Source: Gnetum montanum (Eukaryota; Plantae; Gnetophyta). Taken from it: DNA of 64,000 bases. Shown here in pieces: positions 25,401-38,700 of the stretch (position 1 is its first letter; every line of letters starts with the position of its first letter). Under the pieces are notes generated by a model. The model was not told the DNA's origin. It made no database searches and saw nothing but the letters and a program-made list of their open reading frames with translations. The position numbers were made by a program, and so were the translations under genes. The stretch spans positions 430,515-494,514 of the forward strand of contig MNCI01001941.1 in NCBI GenBank assembly GCA_015680685.1, read 5' to 3'.

Positions 25401-26900
25401 CTTAGGAGCTTCCACTAACAGACCAAACTAGCACTAAATTATGACAACAAATCCATACCTAGAATAACATCATAATTACTGAGTTGATCATTGCTTCATT
25501 GCCTCCCCTGCAATAGCACTGGCACATCTCGACATATCTAATTCACCCAAGTCTCATGACCCCCAACAGAACACATCAATAGTCACAGATGGAGAACATA
25601 ACACAGAAGAGATACCTAGGATATGATGTTAGGGCCTCTAAATGAATGACTAGTGTCAAGATCAAACAAAACTCATATAGGAAGGTCTAAGCTTGTACCT
25701 CCTATCTCCATGATGGTGTTGGGCTTCGCAGCCAATGGTTGGTCCATCAGAGCATACACTTGACCCTAGGCTCTTTGTCATGCCTACCCTATGCCATCTG
25801 GATGTCTAGTAGGAGCTCCTCATCCACTTGTAGCAGGAGGTCTCTGACCATGGCCTCTACCTTCACTGCCACCCACTGTCTATCTTTGTTTCTCTCTAGC
25901 CTAATGTCTTGGTTGACCATATGCATAAAAGTTGCCATAGTTCCTCTGAACATGCCCTAGCTGACCACATTGGAAACACATATGAGAACCTCCATAACTT
26001 GTACAAGTGGAACATCACTGTAGGCTAGCTGCTGTTTGCCACCACCATGACCATGACCATCACATTTACCACAAGCCTACTTGGAGGGCCCAGATCTCCC
26101 TCCAGATAATGGTGGTCCCCCTTTTTTTTTCCTCTGCTTGCACCCCTCTCAGGGAATATCCTTGATCAAACTCCTCTCTAGATCCATAGCTACCTCATGT
26201 GCATCATCATAGGAAGTGAGGCGGAGAGACAACACATGATGCTTCAGGATTAGGCAAAGTTCTCTAACAAACTTATTAACCCTATCCCAAGCATCCATAG
26301 GTTTAGTAACATAGCCACTAAACTAACCATAGTCAAGCTACCCTTATACAATAAGCAGAGTTCCTCTTCCTTCATCTAGACATACAAAATGGAAATATAT
26401 CTGCAACTAAAGGATACTAGGAAATTTGACCAAGTAACCTCTTGTCTTTCCCATCCCTCTGCCAATGTTTAGTAGTGTCTATAAGCTAATAAGTTGCAAG
26501 TTGGTCTACTGAGCTGACTTACATCCCATCAAATCAAATATCTTCCTTAGCTTCTTCAACCACTTAGTTGTTGCAATGGGATCCTTAGTGCTAGAAAATG
26601 TAGGACCCAACTTGCAGAACTGCTCCACCATCTTCTTGCTAATTGATTGCCTAACATACCTTATTTTATCATCCATGCTAGCTGTTGTTTTAGTGTCACT
26701 GCCATTGCCAGCCTCTCTGATGGCTGGCCCACCTATACCACTGCCATTCCTAACCTCTTAGGATAATTGTAGGAGGAGGTGGGGCAGCATTTGTCCTAGT
26801 CATAAATTGCTGAAGCAACATCTTCATCTGTTTTGTCAGATCCATTTAGACATCAAAGGTCCTTGTGCTCACTGATTGTGCTTGTAACTGACTAATTGCT
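22480..26900 (-). pseudogene. Decayed gag-pol of element C (gag, protease, RT, RNase H, integrase, chromodomain)
   Basis: Minus-strand fragments: [42 protein letters not shown] (RT); VVYASCQLRPHENHYP and RRWVKLLENFNFTIQYRHGRTNWVADAL (RNase H); GFIVGLPCTQRGHDPIYVIVDLLTKSTNFL (integrase); VKVLW-type chromodomain remnant near 22550. Many stops and frameshifts. Confidence 0.9.
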
Positions 26901-26972
26901 AGTCTTTCTGTAGCTTATGTGCTCAAAGGTACTTGAGCCTCATCAACAAGATGGCCTTTGCCACTAGATCTC

Positions 26973-27092
26973 TGCTTGATTGACATATCTGATACTTGCA
27001 ATCACAAAGGTAAGTACCACACATCACATACCTGTTTGATTGACATATTTGATACTTGCAATCACAAAGGTAAGTACCACACATCACATACC
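26973..27092. repeat. Tandem duplication of ~60 bp in the leader of element C
   Basis: TTGATTGACATAT(C/T)TGATACTTGCAATCACAAAGGTAAGTACCACACATCACATACC occurs twice in tandem. Confidence 0.85.
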
Positions 27093-29447
27093 AATCGGAG
27101 TAACATGCTTCAATATCGCTATGTAATATCTTGCTTGCTCAAACCAAGTCAAGCTAGGGTGAAAAGTGTATTCTAAGGTTCACTACTGAAGGAACACATA
27201 ACACATCATGGAATGGATTGAAGGACATGATGGAAGACTATAAATCACTCCTTGAAACTCACATAAATCACAATAGTGGAATACAACATAAATACTAAAT
27301 AATTACTATCATATCCATACCATCACTAAAACAAGTACATAACCTGCTATCTAAACATAGTTAATAAGTCCAAACATTGATAATAGTCAATACATCTGAC
27401 ACATGTCTATGTACTCACAAAATACGTACACTATACACTATGGGCAAGACCACAACTCGTAGACCATTCAAACTAGTGTCTACAACAAGCACATCCATGT
27501 CTCTTATGAACATATGTAGTAGTACAAACAAGAATATGGAACCAAGATCACCATCACCTCCCTTAGGTCCTTGAACCTCCTGAACTCTTGACTCCATTAC
27601 CTGCATATAAATGAGGTTAGTATAAGATTGAGTGGGAGCCTTTACACACCCCCTATGGATGTAGGCTAATACTATGTTGGAGGTGAGGTGTGGGGTTCTT
27701 TGAATAACTTGCATTGAGGTTAGTACATCACATGCCATACAAAACATCACAACACCATACACAACCACAATCTCATCTAAACTATAAGCACAATGTCACA
27801 ACAAACAATACATATCAACTTCACAGAAACACAACCCATCATATCACTATGTATAACACGTGATGACCACACTATCAATCACCATGGCTCAATAAAAAAT
27901 GCATAATATAGATTTCTTACCATTCGTCCATGTCAATCCGTGCACAACATAAATATTTTCATATACATATAACATGGATCCCCGATAACCACTACTCCAA
28001 AGGATCAAATATATCATCACAATCATGTACATAGTCTCCAACAACCAGTGCTCCTAGGGATCACACCATACAACATACACACATTAGATACTGTCATTAT
28101 GGCCATTGACACATTCACACTTTGTGTATAACATGATATCATTGACATGAGTACTCATAAGTCATAACAATGCTTGCAAGTCTTTTGTTAACTTTCATTA
28201 GCATACACCACTAGTGGTAGTGCCCACTACCTCATATATAGCCCCACACCACTAACCTTCTAAAAGGTAGATTTGTGCATGTCTATATATCCCAAGATCT
28301 TGCACTAGTCATAGGACTTACGTATAGTCTCCCACTCTTAGCATGAAGAGTGAGACAAGAGTCTTGCTAATGTATCCCAATGGTGGTTAATCCAACTCCT
28401 TCAAGGTATCTCATCACCAATTGGTCCACACCCTTGTGTTAGTTCCACTAGTATGCATGTCTACACACATCATATGGATAATGCCATAACCCAATTGACC
28501 GATGAGAAATTCAAGCAATCAGTGCTACACGCATCAACCAATATCCAAAGCATAATTATTATGGAATATATAATGTAACCATAGCTTATACACTAATCAA
28601 TCTCTAACCCTAAGCAACCAATGTTACAGATGTCAATTAAACATACCAGCAACTATACGGTTCCACATAAACACATCAACATCATGTACCATGCTACAAA
28701 AATCACAAACAAGCTGGCAAATAATTCCAAATTCATTTGCATTTATACGAGGGTACGGGTTCACATTTACTTTACATCGACTATGACCTAAGCACGACTT
28801 GTGATGCACTCATGGTAATCCTTTTCAAAGGACTGCAACCTTGGTGTGGTTCACGTTGAGCCTGTGTTTCCCTTCTGAAACCCACCATGACCTTGACGCC
28901 TAGGCCTCGTGATTAATACAAACTTTTGCTGGCTAAAAATAAAAATCCCAGATTGGTCATGACCTCACCATGCCTGCAACACGATTCACATCCTTCTAAC
29001 CCTCCCAATATAATCACATTGCCAGTAGAAGGACAGTAGTGCACCTAGGGCATGATCCACGTTTCCAAAAACCTACCATTGCAACCTGGCCACGAAAGGG
29101 CTACAACCTGTAATTACTCACATTTGCGATATGAACTTAGCTTCTGACAGCATAGCATAAAATAAATGCACATAGCAAGATGCCCATATCAAGGCCTGGA
29201 GTTCAACAACGGAGCTTTTACTGTCCCCAATATTGGAAGCAAATCACACACATTAATCAAATCGACATAGCATGGCACACAGCATGAGGGGTATCACACA
29301 AGCTTGCAAATTGATCATATCACAGAAACTAGAACACCTCTTCGTACCCATCTATCTGAAACACCCCATGACCATTCACATAAATCAAAATGCCAAAATA
29401 AGGAATAGGTAAAAATACGCTTATGAAATTTGGAACCCTATCAAAAC

Positions 29448-30550
29448 CATAGTTACCAGAAACGGAAACGGGGCAACGACAATGCAACGGAAACGGCAAA
29501 AAATTATGTTGCGAAAAAGAAACGAGCTTTAAATATAGAACCAACCAATTTAGTATAGAAGCTGCAGTGGGAGAGGTAATCAATATGCTAGAACTTGACA
29601 GTGACAAAAAGGTAGTGGCAGAACAAGTGAACAACATTCTAAATACCCCTCAGAGAGTCTCAGACCAATAATAAACGTAGATTCACCATTGCATGTTAAT
29701 AATCAAATAAAATCCTCAAAGATGAGCTGAAAACAGTGTAGAACTCTGCTGCTGCTCTTTCATCTAGATAAACAAGCATAAGGCAAGATCTGAGATTACA
29801 TCTACGAATAGAAGGATTTGCTGCCCCCCTTGAAATGGGAATAGAGAAAGGCCAAAGATGAGCTTACTATATTAACTTTGAAGAGATGGACTTTAAGAAT
29901 GAGACCCTAATATTTTACAGAATATGAATTGCAGTGATTGAACTTTACTATCTAACTCAAAGAAAAGAATCTCAGTAAAGAAAGACCAATGAAGAGATAA
30001 TATACAAAAATGGTCTCTGAATCCACGGTTTAGCCCATTTTGAAGAGGGAGGAGGAGTGCTTGTTGCAGAAGTAGTGACTTACCACATAGAGTTGACAAA
30101 CAATTTATGGTCATGGAGAGCGATGCAGAAGCAGCAGCAATGGCCGTGGAGAGCAATGCAAAAGCAGCAGCAATGGCCGTGGAGAGCAATGCAGAAGCAG
30201 CAGCAATGGCCATGGAGAGCGATGCAGAAGCGGCAGCAATAGCAAGATTAGCAGCGTTCACAGCACAGGCCCAAAATGCTTTACCTGAATCTGTTACTTA
30301 TTGCCGTCCTTGCCATAGAAGTGGCCCTATTTTTTTTCCCTCCATGTTTGCTGTTTCACACATTCAATTCACCGCAAACCTGCATTTAATTCGTGACAGA
30401 TGCAGTAGTTAAGAATAAAGCATCATCGGAAATGTTTCACCCAGCAAGTGACGGTTACTGTTTATGGGCAACGGCATTTTGAAACGGGATCCCGTTTCCT
30501 CAACGAAAAACACGAAACTTTATGAATCCATTGCATTTCTGGCAACATAG
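29448..30550. mobile_element. Non-autonomous hAT-like DNA transposon (1.1 kb) in the 5' LTR of C; same TIR family as 19670-20049
   Basis: TIRs CATAGTTACCAGAAA / TTTCTGGCAACATAG; 8-bp TSD ATCAAAAC (29440-47)/GTCAAAAC (30551-58); subterminal AAACGG repeats as in Ac/Ds; empty site present in the other C LTR (~21610-21625). Confidence 0.9.
30110..30243. repeat. 30-bp minisatellite (~4.5 copies) inside the hAT-like element
   Basis: Unit (A/G)TGGAGAGC(G/A)ATGCA(G/A)AAGCAGCAGCAATGGCC-like, repeated in tandem. Confidence 0.88.
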
Positions 30551-33500
30551 GTCAAAACTGAAAATTGGAAACTAAAATATCAAGATGCTCCCAATGAAGT
30601 CCTGGATCCTCTAGTGCTTGAACTGAACCTCCCAGACCACAGCCTACTCAGCATCAGCTCCCTAGTGTCCTAGAAATCACAGAAATTGACTGAGAAATGT
30701 AGGAAATTAGAGGAGAAAAATGCAACAAAAACTTGGGATGCATGATTGGGAAGATAAAAATGGAAAATGAATTATGTTTTATTTATAAAACATAATATAA
30801 ATCACTTTATTTACGGCTATATTTTCTAAGGTTTCTCATCATTTTTTCCCATCCCATCTAATGCCAAGGAACCACCCTCCAAAACCACTCATAACCATCC
30901 AAAGAAAATACCGACTCAACTTACTGGCATCATAATTTGTCCATCACATATCCATAAGGTCATACAAGCATCGTAGCCTATACCCTCTAGGCACATGACA
31001 CCACCTGCATAACACACTGAACATCATGACCTCATACTTGATCAATCAAACAACACTGACTTACAATCACATAGCTTGATTTGCTTAACAGCATTGATAA
31101 TATGCACATAACACAACCATAGCACAGAGTTTGAGATCGTACCTGCCTAATGCTCAGTCTTCCCTCACAATTCTCTCACCCTGCCAACCACAACACCATA
31201 TTAGACGTCCAGCAAAATCAGTGTGCATAGTTATGGCATCATAATTACATATACATGATATCATAACCTCTGAGAGAATATATCATTAAAATAATGTAAA
31301 TAATTAAGTGACCCAATGACCTTTAATTGGCTCTAACTGCATATACAAAAATGTAACGAAATACCGTGGGATCATATGGTGAGGTATTACATTATGGCCA
31401 TTTGCAGTCTTCCTGTTCCTGGTCAAACAAAACATTTTTACAGGAAGAATATGGTCCTCCATGAAAATGTGAGTGTCATGCCATCCAATATAAGGAATGC
31501 TTGAGAGAGTATAGGCTGGAACAATACCTTGTATTTTTTTCACTGGCACATTTTATTCATAAGCCTACTTTAAACTCTGCCACCTGCCACTGATTTTATG
31601 GCAAAAGTGGTTAAGGCCTGATTCTGGAAACTGTGGTGCACATGCTAGAGCCAATGGATACACAAATCCATAAGCCTTAGGGGCACACAGGTCTGAGTTT
31701 GCATGCCACCGTAATGGAGAGAAAGTAAGAACATCATTAGCCATGAGGGCACAACTTAAGGCTTGAGGTAACACAAACCACCTAAGAGCATGGTAAAAAT
31801 ATACATTTAGAATGATGCAGGTATATAGTTGGCCTTAAAAGCAATCAACGAGGTAGTTGCATGTCTTAATGGGTCATGTCAAATTAACAAGATAAAGTAA
31901 CAATGATAGTAATAAATTGTAGATGAGAAATATTTTTTTCTTTCAACATATTGCACTGTTTTTCCAAAGTTTTGAATTTTCAGATGATAATAGGCGAAAA
32001 TTAACTTGGTTAGAGCATGCAGGCTTGTGATTTGCAAGTTTGATCTAAAGGGTTATGCTTCCAAGGTGTTGGCTGACACATGTGCCAACCTAGAAGCATG
32101 CGGGGAAAAAAAACACATTTAGGCTATGGTATCAGGTAGATAGACAGTCATAGAAAATGATCATCAAATCCTTCACCTACTTTAATGGTTAGCCCAAAAT
32201 CATTAATGGATTTTGCTTCAGTTAAACTAAAAGGTAAATGTAGTCTTATTTTGCAATGATGGAAAATGCTATATCATGGAAGAAAATAACTTCAAATTAT
32301 ATTGACTCTATATAAAACATCAATGTACTAAATAATAATAGAGGTCATAACTTCCAGCAAATGCTTTTGTTTTGTTTTTTTCCCCCCCAAACTCTTAAGT
32401 ATGCCACGAGAACAAGTAATCGGCTAAGACTTTTTCATTGTAACTGTCATAAGCTTCTTACGTAACAAGGCAATCCATGTAGACTTTTGAAAAACTGCAC
32501 TAGTTATTGATAGTTTCAAAATTTTCGAAGTGAGGGATCTGTTGTGCAGAAAAATGCATGGTTCAGTCAATTAAAAATCCTTTCTCAACGTGAGAACCCA
32601 CGGCCAAAGTAAGAAGTAAAATTGCATAGAGAGTATTTGCAACTATTCATCATTTGCAACTCTATTAAGAAGACATTGAAGGAAAGCATGTTATTTATTT
32701 TCTTACATTCTGTGGGCAAAATGTTACTCATCCTCTTACGTTCCATGTGAAAAATATACTTGTTTTTTTTTTTTTGCGTGGGATCTTAATTCGTTGACCT
32801 ATTTCAGTTTTTAGTGATGGAAACTTTATTTATGGGGAGAATTATAGTAAGCCCTGCCCAAAAGCAACTAAGAGCTAATTTTTTTCAAATTCTTCTAGAC
32901 ACAGTTACCTGGGTTGTGCTTCAGTATATAAGTAAGCTACTTTCAATTGGTTCATGATGGTTTGCAGATCGAGAGGTTGCCAGTTTCCAACACCCTGAGT
33001 GGTTCCTGCCTGTTGCTATTTAAACTATAGACTTTTAACAAACGTCTGAAACTTTGCCATGCCTGGTAAGACCTTCATCTGTAGAATCTTTACATCTTTG
33101 GTATTTCTAGAGAAATGCTATGAAACCATCAGAAGAAAAACCAAGGGATCCAATATCTTCTCTTGCATCTAAGATTATCTACTTAATTTTGCTTTTGACT
33201 AAAATTTCAATTCTATTCTCATTCATCAGAACTACGTAATTGTAGCTTAGAAAAAGATTTTCATCTGTAACTCAGTTCACTCAGCAAGTTTCTAGTATGA
33301 TTCACGAAGTCGGTGAACTCTACAGCAGCCTGTTGATTGACACTGATTTACTTGAGCACATTCTTAGAACGGTTTGTATGTTTGTTCTCAGACTTTGCCT
33401 ATATCTAAATTTAAGGTGGAGATTAACATTTGAGACATTTGAAAAGTTCATATTTGAAAATTTGATGGAAATTTTATTTTTATGAAACTGCAATTCCTAG

Positions 33501-34079
33501 GCATAATTGTAAACGGATAGATGAAAGACGAACGAAGATTCAAAGGCTTGACCTTGTACTAATCAAGTTGAAAATAATTCGTTGTAAATAGATTGCCCAA
33601 GAACCATGTCTTCAGTTGGATTGTATAGAACTAAAGATTATAGTTTCAATCCCAATGATTTGTATTAAGATATACATGAAATCTGTTAAAAAATTCACGA
33701 GGACCAAACTGACCTGTGTCATGCCGTCAAATATTGTCCCCGCGCTGGTGGTTTTAAATTTCAGCATAATTTTGATGTTTCTGGTAACGGAGAAAAAATA
33801 AAAAATAAAAAATGAAACTCTTTGACCTGATAAAAATCGCTGGAGCTTTAGAAAGAATTTCTACTTGACAAGTTCGTTGACCTTTTACTGAGTTTTTGAT
33901 AGCAATATTGGAATTGAACTAGGAGGATTTAGGAGGTGAGGGGACAAGAAAGGATTTTCTTCTATGGTGGTTATAACACCCACATTATTTGATGATTAAA
34001 GCTGCAAAGCGTTTATTTAAGTAGATGTTACACTTGGCTGATAAGTATATATTACATGATCTGTGTTTTGTTCCTCCAG

Positions 34080-34648
34080 GATATACCCGATGTCGACGGT
34101 GACAGAATGTTTGGCATCCGATCATTCAGTGTTCGTTTAGGTCAAGAGCGGGTATTTGTTAATTTGTTTTCGACTCTTCCATCGTCATTTCGCATTTGTA
34201 GTTGACTTCCTAACACTTTCGTTTGCTTTGTTACAGGTATTTTGGCTGTGTGTATATTTATTAACGTCTGCTTACTTTATCGCTATGATCATGGGAATTA
34301 GGGCATCGTTTCTCTGGAGCAAACTCGGAACGGTGAGTAGATGCTTGTACCATTTTAAAAAATTTAACCTTGCTCGGAACAACAGAGTTAAATGATTTTT
34401 CTGGTATTTCTGTTGTTTTGATCTACAGGTATTGGGGCACATGGTGCTGGCTGTGCATCTTTGGCAAAGAGCTTTGGTTACAGACCTTAAAAGTAAAGTG
34501 GCAGTAACCTCTTTCTACATGTTCATATGGAAGGTAACCGTACTTGCAAGATCATTTCATGCATCTTTTTTGGGCTATATTGAGGCTGAAATTGCTTCCA
34601 TTGCAGTTATTTTATGCAGAGTATCTACTCATCCCATTCTTGAGATGA
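34080..34648 (+). CDS. VTE2: Homogentisate phytyltransferase (HPT/VTE2)-like UbiA prenyltransferase, last four exons: 34080-34151, 34237-34332, 34429-34533, 34607-34648
   Basis: GT-AG splicing gives [24 protein letters not shown]|[32 protein letters not shown]|[35 protein letters not shown]|[13 protein letters not shown]. This contains the second Asp-rich motif (K)DIPDxDGD and the HPT/HGGT C-terminal YMFIWKLFYAEY, with an open frame and all introns in phase 0. Orthologue versus paralogue (HGGT or a specialised prenyltransferase) is not resolved. Confidence 0.92.
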
Positions 34649-35194
34649 TGATATCATGATTAGATTATCCAAGTTTCCAGCATTTTATGAGGCTAGAACT
34701 GCATCCTAACGCTTATTGGCCACTAGCACCACCATTGCAAGGTTAACTGTGAAGAACTGTGTGAAAGCAAGTGATATTCTTTAAAAACTCATTTGATTTT
34801 AACAATTTTCAAAACCCTTGCCTTGCTATATGGAGCCAAGCATTCTTCGAGGCCTCGACACTAACGAAGTTCACAGGCCAAAGGATAAATGAGATAATAC
34901 ATGGTGCATATCATCTCTGCATACTGAATAGCCAATATTGAAATTTGAAGGTGCTGTTGAGGAAAGCTGTTGCAGAACATAGGTATTGGTTATACGGGTT
35001 TATGCTTGTTTAGTTTACACCTAAGGGCTAATCACGTTTTTACAATCTGAATGTGACATTGGCATGAATTCAGTTTCTCTTTCCGTTAGGTATTGTGTTT
35101 TTGTATCGTCGTGTTCATTTTGGTTGAGAGGTCAGTCTGTCAGGAAGGATAGTGGTGGCAGGATGTCCACATTATTTTGTGGACGTTGACTTCT

Positions 35195-35760
35195 AGTGGG
35201 AAAAGCAGAATTTTGGCGGGAAATTCTGGGGAGAAAAAGCGGAATCCATTTTGGCAGCCAGAAATTCTAGGCAGGAAAAGTGGAATCCATTTCACTAACA
35301 AAATCTGCATTTGATCACAGATAAAAGTTCATACTTAAATTTCAGCCAAATCATTTTAAGAAATTCTGTCGGAAAAAGGAACAAACAATTGTAGGTAGGA
35401 AAATTCAAACTTAAATTTTAGAGTGGGTGAGAAGATTTTTAAACATGAAAATTTGCATTTGACCACAGAGCCGGAAATTCTAGGCAGGGAAAGCGGAATC
35501 TATTTCACCAAATATTTGGATTTGATTACAGAAACTTAAATTTGAGTAGAGTAGGTGAGAAGACAATTAAACATAAAGATTAAAATATCAGTGGTTAACA
35601 ATTCAAACGCGAACATCGATTATGGCTAAAGAAAACTTAAAAATTAAAAATTAGGCGGTTTAAAATTTCAGAGCTTCAAACATGAACACAAATTGTGGCC
35701 AAAGATGAAAATTAAAATTGAGTAGGTTAAAAATTTCAGAGTCTCAAACATGAAAGCCCT
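35195..35760. repeat. Degenerate local repeats downstream of the HPT-like gene
   Basis: GAAATTCTAGGCAGG-AAAG-GGAATC-ATTTCAC at ~35260 and ~35474; AAAATTTCAGAG-TCAAACA at ~35662 and ~35730, with another copy at ~36508. Confidence 0.5.
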
Positions 35761-38700
35761 TCATTTAGATGGGCCGTCGTGTAATTCGTACATAATTTCT
35801 TGTTGAGCATGCATGCATTTTATCATCAATTGGATTGGGTCAAATATAGACATAGGAATGACTTTCTGTAATCATGACTGAACAACAACAATCAAGTTGA
35901 AGGTGGATCCAAATTTAATGATTTCAAATCGATTTGGTCAATTGATCAATATTTGAGTAAGTCTTATCCCCTAATGAGAAAAAGAATTTTCCATTCTTTT
36001 ATGTAGGTTGGCATAGCATTGGACTATAACTATCACCGTGATTGATGGGGAGGCCCATGGCTACCAAACACTTTTCTACTACATAATAGCCAACTAGATC
36101 AATATGTAGTGGTCAATTACATACTTGGCTCTTAAAGAAATATGTTAGATCTTATCAACATTCGTGAAAAATCCTAGATTCTTGATCTTCTTAATAATTG
36201 TCAAAGATGATGAGCAAATTCTCTAGATTATCTAGGTATCTATCATTGTCTCGTATATTTAATTTCCATGTCTATTATTGATTCTTCTAAGATGTGAGTT
36301 GAGGAGTAATTTTTTATGAATTTAGGCATTGTATTTTCATGATCAACCTACACTTTTAATTATAATAAAATGATTTTGATTTTAAAAAGTTTGGGGTTGA
36401 TTTCTTTATGTTTTAAGGTTGGAATCTATTTGCAATAGAATGAACAAGATTAAAAAATCATAATGGATTAGAAAATCATAAAGAAATTATAAAAATTGAA
36501 TCAGATCAAAAATTTCAGACCCTCAAACACAAATACAAATTGTGACTAGCAAACTCTCCAAATTATTTGTGTACCTATCACTCTCAACTATATTTAATTT
36601 TTATCTATATTTATGATTAGCCTTTGAAACATGTAGTGCTTGAAAAATTTGGTATTGGAACCTAAAATTTTTAGAGTGGAATAGTTTTGACCTTGGATTC
36701 ATTGGCCTTGAGAAAAGAATCCGAAGTGTCCTAGATGATCTTGTTGATCACCTAGGGACTTAAAGATCTATTACCAATTGATGTAAAATGTAGAAAAACT
36801 ATAATGAAAATGCAACACTAGATTCAAGAACAAGGAAAATGTGAAATAAATATTTGGCAAACAAAAAGAACTGCAACTTTTATATTGAGAGAAGTGCAGA
36901 TCAAGGCTTTTGAACGCCTAAGAAATAATAATGCCTTGTGAATCCAATGTAGATTTGTAGGGTGTGTTTTGTAACCATGCTCTACATTGGCCTCTTGATT
37001 TGATTTGCAATGATGCAACTCCTTGCTCTAGATGTTTTGCGTTGGAGGGGAAAAGGTTGTAGACTTTTGGAAATCTACATTGCTCTGAAAGTCTAGTTCA
37101 ATTGAATGCAAAATGACATAAAAGTCGTGACTAGGTTGTGATCTTTGATTAAATAGGCCATTAGTGTCTTGATTTGTTGTTGTTGATTTTGCCATGATTG
37201 CTGATAGATTTCTAACAAATTCTGGCATGTGTAGGACATTTTTTGATAGCTTATGAGCAACTTAGCTTTTTTTTTTTTTTCACTTTCATACGTTGCCCAA
37301 TGTGTGGGGCTAGGATGCCTAGCATATAGGCCTAAAATCCAAATCCTCTACAATGTCTCTGTAGGTTACCCAGTGCGTGTCATTGAAGTGCCTAGTGTGT
37401 GGGCTAAAAGATGCTAAATTTTGTGGTTTGCAAAGCATTTTCAACCTCCACAAGCTTGGATACATGAAATTTGCAACCCTCACAACCATGGAAGATAAGT
37501 CATTTACAACTTATGAAGCATGTTCTTAGCCTTCACAAGTTGGAATGTATTAGATCCATAGCATGTGAGCTACAAATCTCATATTTTACATTAAAACACT
37601 ACCTTTAACTTCTAGTAACATAAGGTCATAATGCTAGATTTTGGGGAAAACAAGGCAATTGTTTATGCCTTCATTTTCCCACCAAATTACAAAGAATTTT
37701 GACTATAGGCTGTAACATGAATTTTCTTTGAGGTGTTTAATTGACGCCTCTTTGTTGATGTTTTGAGGATTAACCTAAGAAACATTAACAAAAAATGTGA
37801 AAGATTGCCATAGGTTTATCACCAACGCTTTCTCTCCATGCTTGATTTTGTAGCTGTCAAACCATGTCAAAGAGTGCTTGTAATGTTGAAATAAGGTCAT
37901 GATGGAATGTTATGAGTTTGAGAAGAGATAAAGGCTATGTTGGTTATCAAGGAATGGTTACATGTGTTAACAAAGAATTCTAAATGTTGACATTATCATT
38001 ATAGTATGGCATTGACATGCTTGTTGATTGAAGTGGTCTTCACACTTTGTGCTTTGAAGTACTGGTTACTTGGTAATGTGTTAGGGGAACCAATACTCCA
38101 CTCTAAAGCATCTTTGGTCGTTAGGCTCCTCCCTTTGTTTGTTTGGAGCCATTGATTTAACTACAGGCTTCATTGGCATCTTGGCTTCTTTGGCAATTTG
38201 CTTCCCCATTTTTTCTTGAGGGATGAAACCTTCATTGGGCTTCATTGCCAAGGTCGAATAGTGTTCTATTTTCTTGTTGAATGAGATGTATTACATCTAA
38301 TGGAAAAGGAGATGTTATGTGGCCATAGTGCATAAATGTCAAACATAGGTTTTCATTGTTGTTAGGGTAAGGAAGGTTGTAATTTGGCTACAAGATTATG
38401 GCTCAAAAGAGGTAACAAAAGTGATGTGAGGCAAGTGCTCATAGCAAAGCAAGATAAGCTAATCAAATCTTGCACATCAAAGTCACATGGTAACTTGATG
38501 TTGCGATGAGTTGTACCTTTGTAATGAATTCAAGTTTCATCCTACAATCACAACTCTAAGAGGACAAGAAAACAAGTCAAAGAATACATGTTGTTACAAG
38601 ACATTGCATAAGGCTACATGAGATAATAGGTAGAATATAGACCACCATAGGCTACAATTGGTACAACATGAGAAACCTATATCTTGTTTCATAGTTTTAT

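Larger units (their letters stand above)
12243..31391 (-). mobile_element. Element C: decayed Ty3/gypsy chromovirus (Tekay/Del-type) with ~3.1-kb LTRs
   Basis: 3' LTR 12243-22457 (with nested insertions) and 5' LTR 27122-31391 align along their length. TSD TTATA (12238-42)/TTATG (31392-96). Degenerate tRNA-Met PBS at ~27106-27121; PPT-like tract at 22458-22472. Confidence 0.88.

Noticed and set aside
29893-30412. Ala-rich ORFs (MESDAEAAAM / AIAAASASLS repeats)
   Set aside because: By-products of a 30-bp minisatellite that is open in several frames inside a non-autonomous transposon.
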